From Hyphochytrium catenoides (taxonomy: Eukaryota; Protista; Hyphochytriomycota), in NCBI GenBank assembly GCA_900088475.1, contig FLMG01002844.1, positions 1-50,991 on the forward strand: 50,991 nucleotides of DNA, given 5' to 3'. Below, piece by piece: positions 47,808 through 50,991 of the stretch. Numbering within the stretch: position 1 is the first letter of the stretch; each line of letters opens with the position of its first letter. The notes under the pieces were generated by a model. That model saw only the letters and a list, made by a program, of their open reading frames with translations, was not told the origin of the DNA and did no database searches. Made by a program: the position numbers and the translations under genes.

Positions 47808-48121
47808 GGTGAGAGCGCCATAATAGACCATCGATCTGACCAACTCGGATGACGGCACGTTCAAGAATAGGTGGAATATCCAGGGAGGGATATTAGGTTT
47901 TCCTGGCGCGGGTGTAGGATGGGGCTGACCTCCTCCGTCACTTCCAGATTTCCTCGGTCAGCCTCAGCCTCTGCCTCTGCCGCCTGCTCAAAATCTAGAC
48001 ACAGCAGCAACGGATAGAAGAAGCACAGCTGACTAGACCTATGCCTGCCGCAGAACACGGTGAGAGCGCCATAATAGACCATCGATCTGACCAACTCGGA
48101 TGACGGCACGTTCAAGAATAG
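47808..48121. repeat. Exact 63-bp direct repeat, two copies (47808-47870 and 48059-48121)
   Basis: GGTGAGAGCGCCATAATAGACCATCGATCTGACCAACTCGGATGACGGCACGTTCAAGAATAG occurs twice, with starts 251 bp apart. Confidence 0.95.
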
Positions 48122-48887
48122 ACTGGCAACATATGCAAATGACATCACAATCAGGTCTCGCTCTCTCCTTTGGTCGTCAGTCTAGATCCCATTCGCATTG
48201 AATTGAGGAAAAGTTTCCTGCTTGCAATCAGCCTCCTGCTTCAGTTTCCGCTTAGCTCTTCTTGTTAGTTATTTGAAGAGGAGTTAGGAGACGGGCATTA
48301 CTAACGGGGCCAAGAGCCTCCTCCCGCTTGACCCAGCTAGGCGACAAGGAGAGCTCACAGGGTAATAATGTCATGCGCCAGTTTGATCCCCCAGCCAGAG
48401 GCTTGTCATTCATCTGCATGCTCTGTCACGTCATCCGGGTGAGCAGATGGAAAGACTTCCTTTACGCACGCTCAACGAGACTCACCGAGTGTATAGGTAG
48501 GAAATCTCCTAGTGAGCAAGAGCGATCCTTTCTGAAAACGGTGGACATAACAACAATGAGAGAGAGAAATAAGAGGATAGAATGTAAATTTATTCCTAGA
48601 GGAGGCATCCGAGACAAGATAGAATATAAAACAAGAGCGAAGAGAGACAAAGAACAAAGAAAAAGTGTCACTAGCTGGCTGAGGATGCCAAGACTGGCAG
48701 CCCTCCATTTAATGAGGATGCGTTCGCTTCCAAGAACGCTATTGTCACAGTGAAGAAGACGAAGATGACGAAGTTTGAACGCAGAAGTCGTCCTCCTTCC
48801 CCAATCTCCCCTCCCCCCTTCTCTCTATCACTCTCTCTCTTTTTCTTTCTCTCTCCTTCTCGTTACCGCTCTCTCTCCACCTCTTTC

Positions 48888-48932
48888 NNNNNNNNNNNNN
48901 NNNNNNNNNNNNNNNNNNNNNNNNNNNNNNNN
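48888..48932. other. Assembly gap (N run) next to CT-rich low-complexity sequence
   Basis: Run of N. Confidence 1.
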
Positions 48933-50189
48933 CTTCGCAAAACCTTTGCCTGCCTCGCTGTTTGCTCGTCCTCTCTATCCGGTCGTCCCCTCTAGATCTC
49001 TCTGCAGTTTGTTTCATTCACTTTCATCTTTACAGAGCTCATTCTTATGCCTTCCGCTAGAACCCTTCTTTTATACTTCTCAAGCTCTTTGCTTTGATAC
49101 ACTCCTTTCTATATGGACTGACCAACAGTACATGATGATTTGCCTACATACCCCCATTCCCAGACGACTTGCCCTCTTCTTAGTTTGTTCAAAAGCTTAG
49201 TCAAGTATAAGTTTTTATACCTAGGTGGTAATATTCTCAGTCCTTGTTCCTTGCTAGGTTTTGTCTCTCTCTTTGCCTCTTCGTTCAATCTTCACAGTTG
49301 ACGACAGTCATGTTGTTCTTCTTCTGATTAGCGCTATTCTGATAATTTGAATGAGGTGTGGGACAGAGATCTGTGGAACGAGAGACGCAGAGAGAAAAGA
49401 ACGGACCCAGGAATGGGATGAAACGCTGCTGCTACGTGTAGGAGCATTTCGCAAGCAGAAGAGCAACAAAGGGGAACAGAAGGATGCCTCTTTTGCTAAC
49501 GCTTCTGGCAAAGCCCACCTCCAGCCTGTTTTCCTCTCGCTTCTTCTCCTTCTCTCTAAACTCGACTGCATTCTCTTCAAAAGGAACGAATGGATAGAAG
49601 GAACTTAGCTGTGCGGCTTGGCATGATGAGGAGAAAAATTGTAAACGAAGTGGGAGTGGAAGGACGAACAGGTGCCCCGAAAAATCTAACGGTTAGCATG
49701 CGATGAAGCGCAGCAAGGAGCACAGCTAATATGTATGGTCTATCAATTTTTGTATCAGGCGATAGCTCCGTAACAGCTGCTCGTTTCGTTTCAGTTGGCC
49801 ACCGCCTTCTCTGGTGTCCTGATCATTTAACGAGACTACTAGTCGATCCGCGAAGAAGATGTTCGGGCATCGGCTTCTTGGGGCAGAGCCATCGCATCGT
49901 GTAAAGGACTTTCCAACCTCAAGATTGTTGAGAACCCTTTTCTTCTGGGGTCTCTATAGCAAGGAATATTGTTATATGTGAATACTCCGCGTAGTAGTAC
50001 CATATACTCCTCTGAACTACAAGCTCTCGCTTTATCTCTTGGAGCTAGCGCTGGACCCAGGAGGTGGAGGATAGGAGAAGGCGCTGGCGAGAAGAAGGGC
50101 GGCCTTTAGAGGAACTAGCTTAGGAGGATGGGTAGTCCGAGTCTCCTGGGCCAATGGTGGGCTATCAGCGTAGCGCTTGCTACGAAGGA

Positions 50190-50236
50190 NNNNNNNNNNN
50201 NNNNNNNNNNNNNNNNNNNNNNNNNNNNNNNNNNNN
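50190..50236. other. Assembly gap (N run)
   Basis: Run of N. Confidence 1.
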
Positions 50237-50489
50237 CTTAGAGTCGCCTTAGAAGTCTTCCTCTGCAGAGCTTTGTCGGAGCTGAGGCCTGGCCAGCCGA
50301 AGTAAGCGAAGACTTAGCTAAACCCATTGACTCACTCTTCTTACATACTACATGGTAACTGAGCTCCACTTCGGTCTAGTGGTGGAATGATGTCAAGACT
50401 TTCTGCGTTTGTTTTGACGGTGAAGAGTTCGTCCGTGTTTCACAACATTATTGTTAAAAACCAACCTCTTGTTCGCATGCCATCTGCGC

Positions 50490-50895
50490 TGTGGCAAGCT
50501 TGTCGGGCTGACGACCAGCGGGTCGTTACGTCTCTCTCGTGTCGCTGTACAGTCAGGTTGTTCAGTGGGGGTCACGGAAAGGTTTGGTGGCTGCCCTGAC
50601 AGTGTTTGAGAAACATGACTGAGCTGAACCTACTCCTACCTCATCATCCGGATGATGAGTGTGGGCTAACGATCCTGGGGTTCGCTAGGTATCTCGCGTT
50701 GCTGTACAGTCGGATTATTCGGTCGGGGTCACGGAAAGGTTTGGTGACTGCCCTCATAGTGTTGGAAGAACATGGCTGAATTGAACCTACTATCTCATCT
50801 CGGTATGATGAGAACTTGGTCCTCTCTCTCCTAGTTGGAGTCACGGAACTGTTGGTGACTGCTGCTCGTGTTTATGAACATGTTTAGAAGATTGA
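50490..50895 (+). pseudogene. Degenerate tandem repeat (3 copies), possibly a decayed ribonuclease-inhibitor-type LRR gene
   Basis: GTCACGGAA anchors at 50571, 50728 and 50840. Copies 1 and 2 share GCTGTACAGTC, GTCACGGAAAGGTTTGGTG, TGAACCTACT and ATGATGAG. Fragments translate as ANDPGV, GVTEL(L)VTA and NMTELNL/NMAELNL, with stops and frameshifts. Confidence 0.45.
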
Positions 50896-50991
50896 TACTT
50901 ATCCAAGGGATAAGTGGGGGGAGGACTCCCTTATTCTCTGAAGAATGAAGGACGGGCAGCGCTGGCTGCTGGACGGACTCCTTCAAAGAGC

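Noticed and set aside
47808-48121. 63-bp repeat as a CRISPR array
   Set aside because: Only two copies, repeat and spacer too long, eukaryotic context, no cas genes.

Overview
Eukaryotic nuclear DNA; a stramenopile or similar protist is my inference from gene content, not a confirmed assignment. Most six-frame ORFs are exon fragments, so I assembled gene models by hand from GT-AG boundaries. From 1 to ~35.5 kb the window is gene-dense and intron-rich. It carries a FABP/calycin-like protein, a prenylated single-FN3 protein, methylmalonate-semialdehyde dehydrogenase, TMEM260, a small membrane protein, a class I myosin, a GPI-anchored secreted HAD hydrolase, a secreted PDZ-PA-PA protein, a UBL multi-pass membrane protein, ENY2, SNAPC3 and a Derlin. 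From ~35.6 kb to the end it is gene-poor, with two intact intronless secreted alpha/beta-hydrolase paralogues, at least one probable decayed inverted copy between them, a 63-bp exact direct repeat and a decayed LRR-like repeat array. The best leads are (i) a myosin I tail with a FYVE-like insert that has lost half its zinc ligands, (ii) the GPI-anchored HAD enzyme, whose anchor exon is absent from the ORF track, (iii) the birth-and-death hydrolase cluster, (iv) the CaaX-FN3 microprotein and (v) the lumenal PDZ plus tandem-PA protein. I found no rRNA, tRNA or CRISPR array. No searches were run; family calls come from motif recognition.
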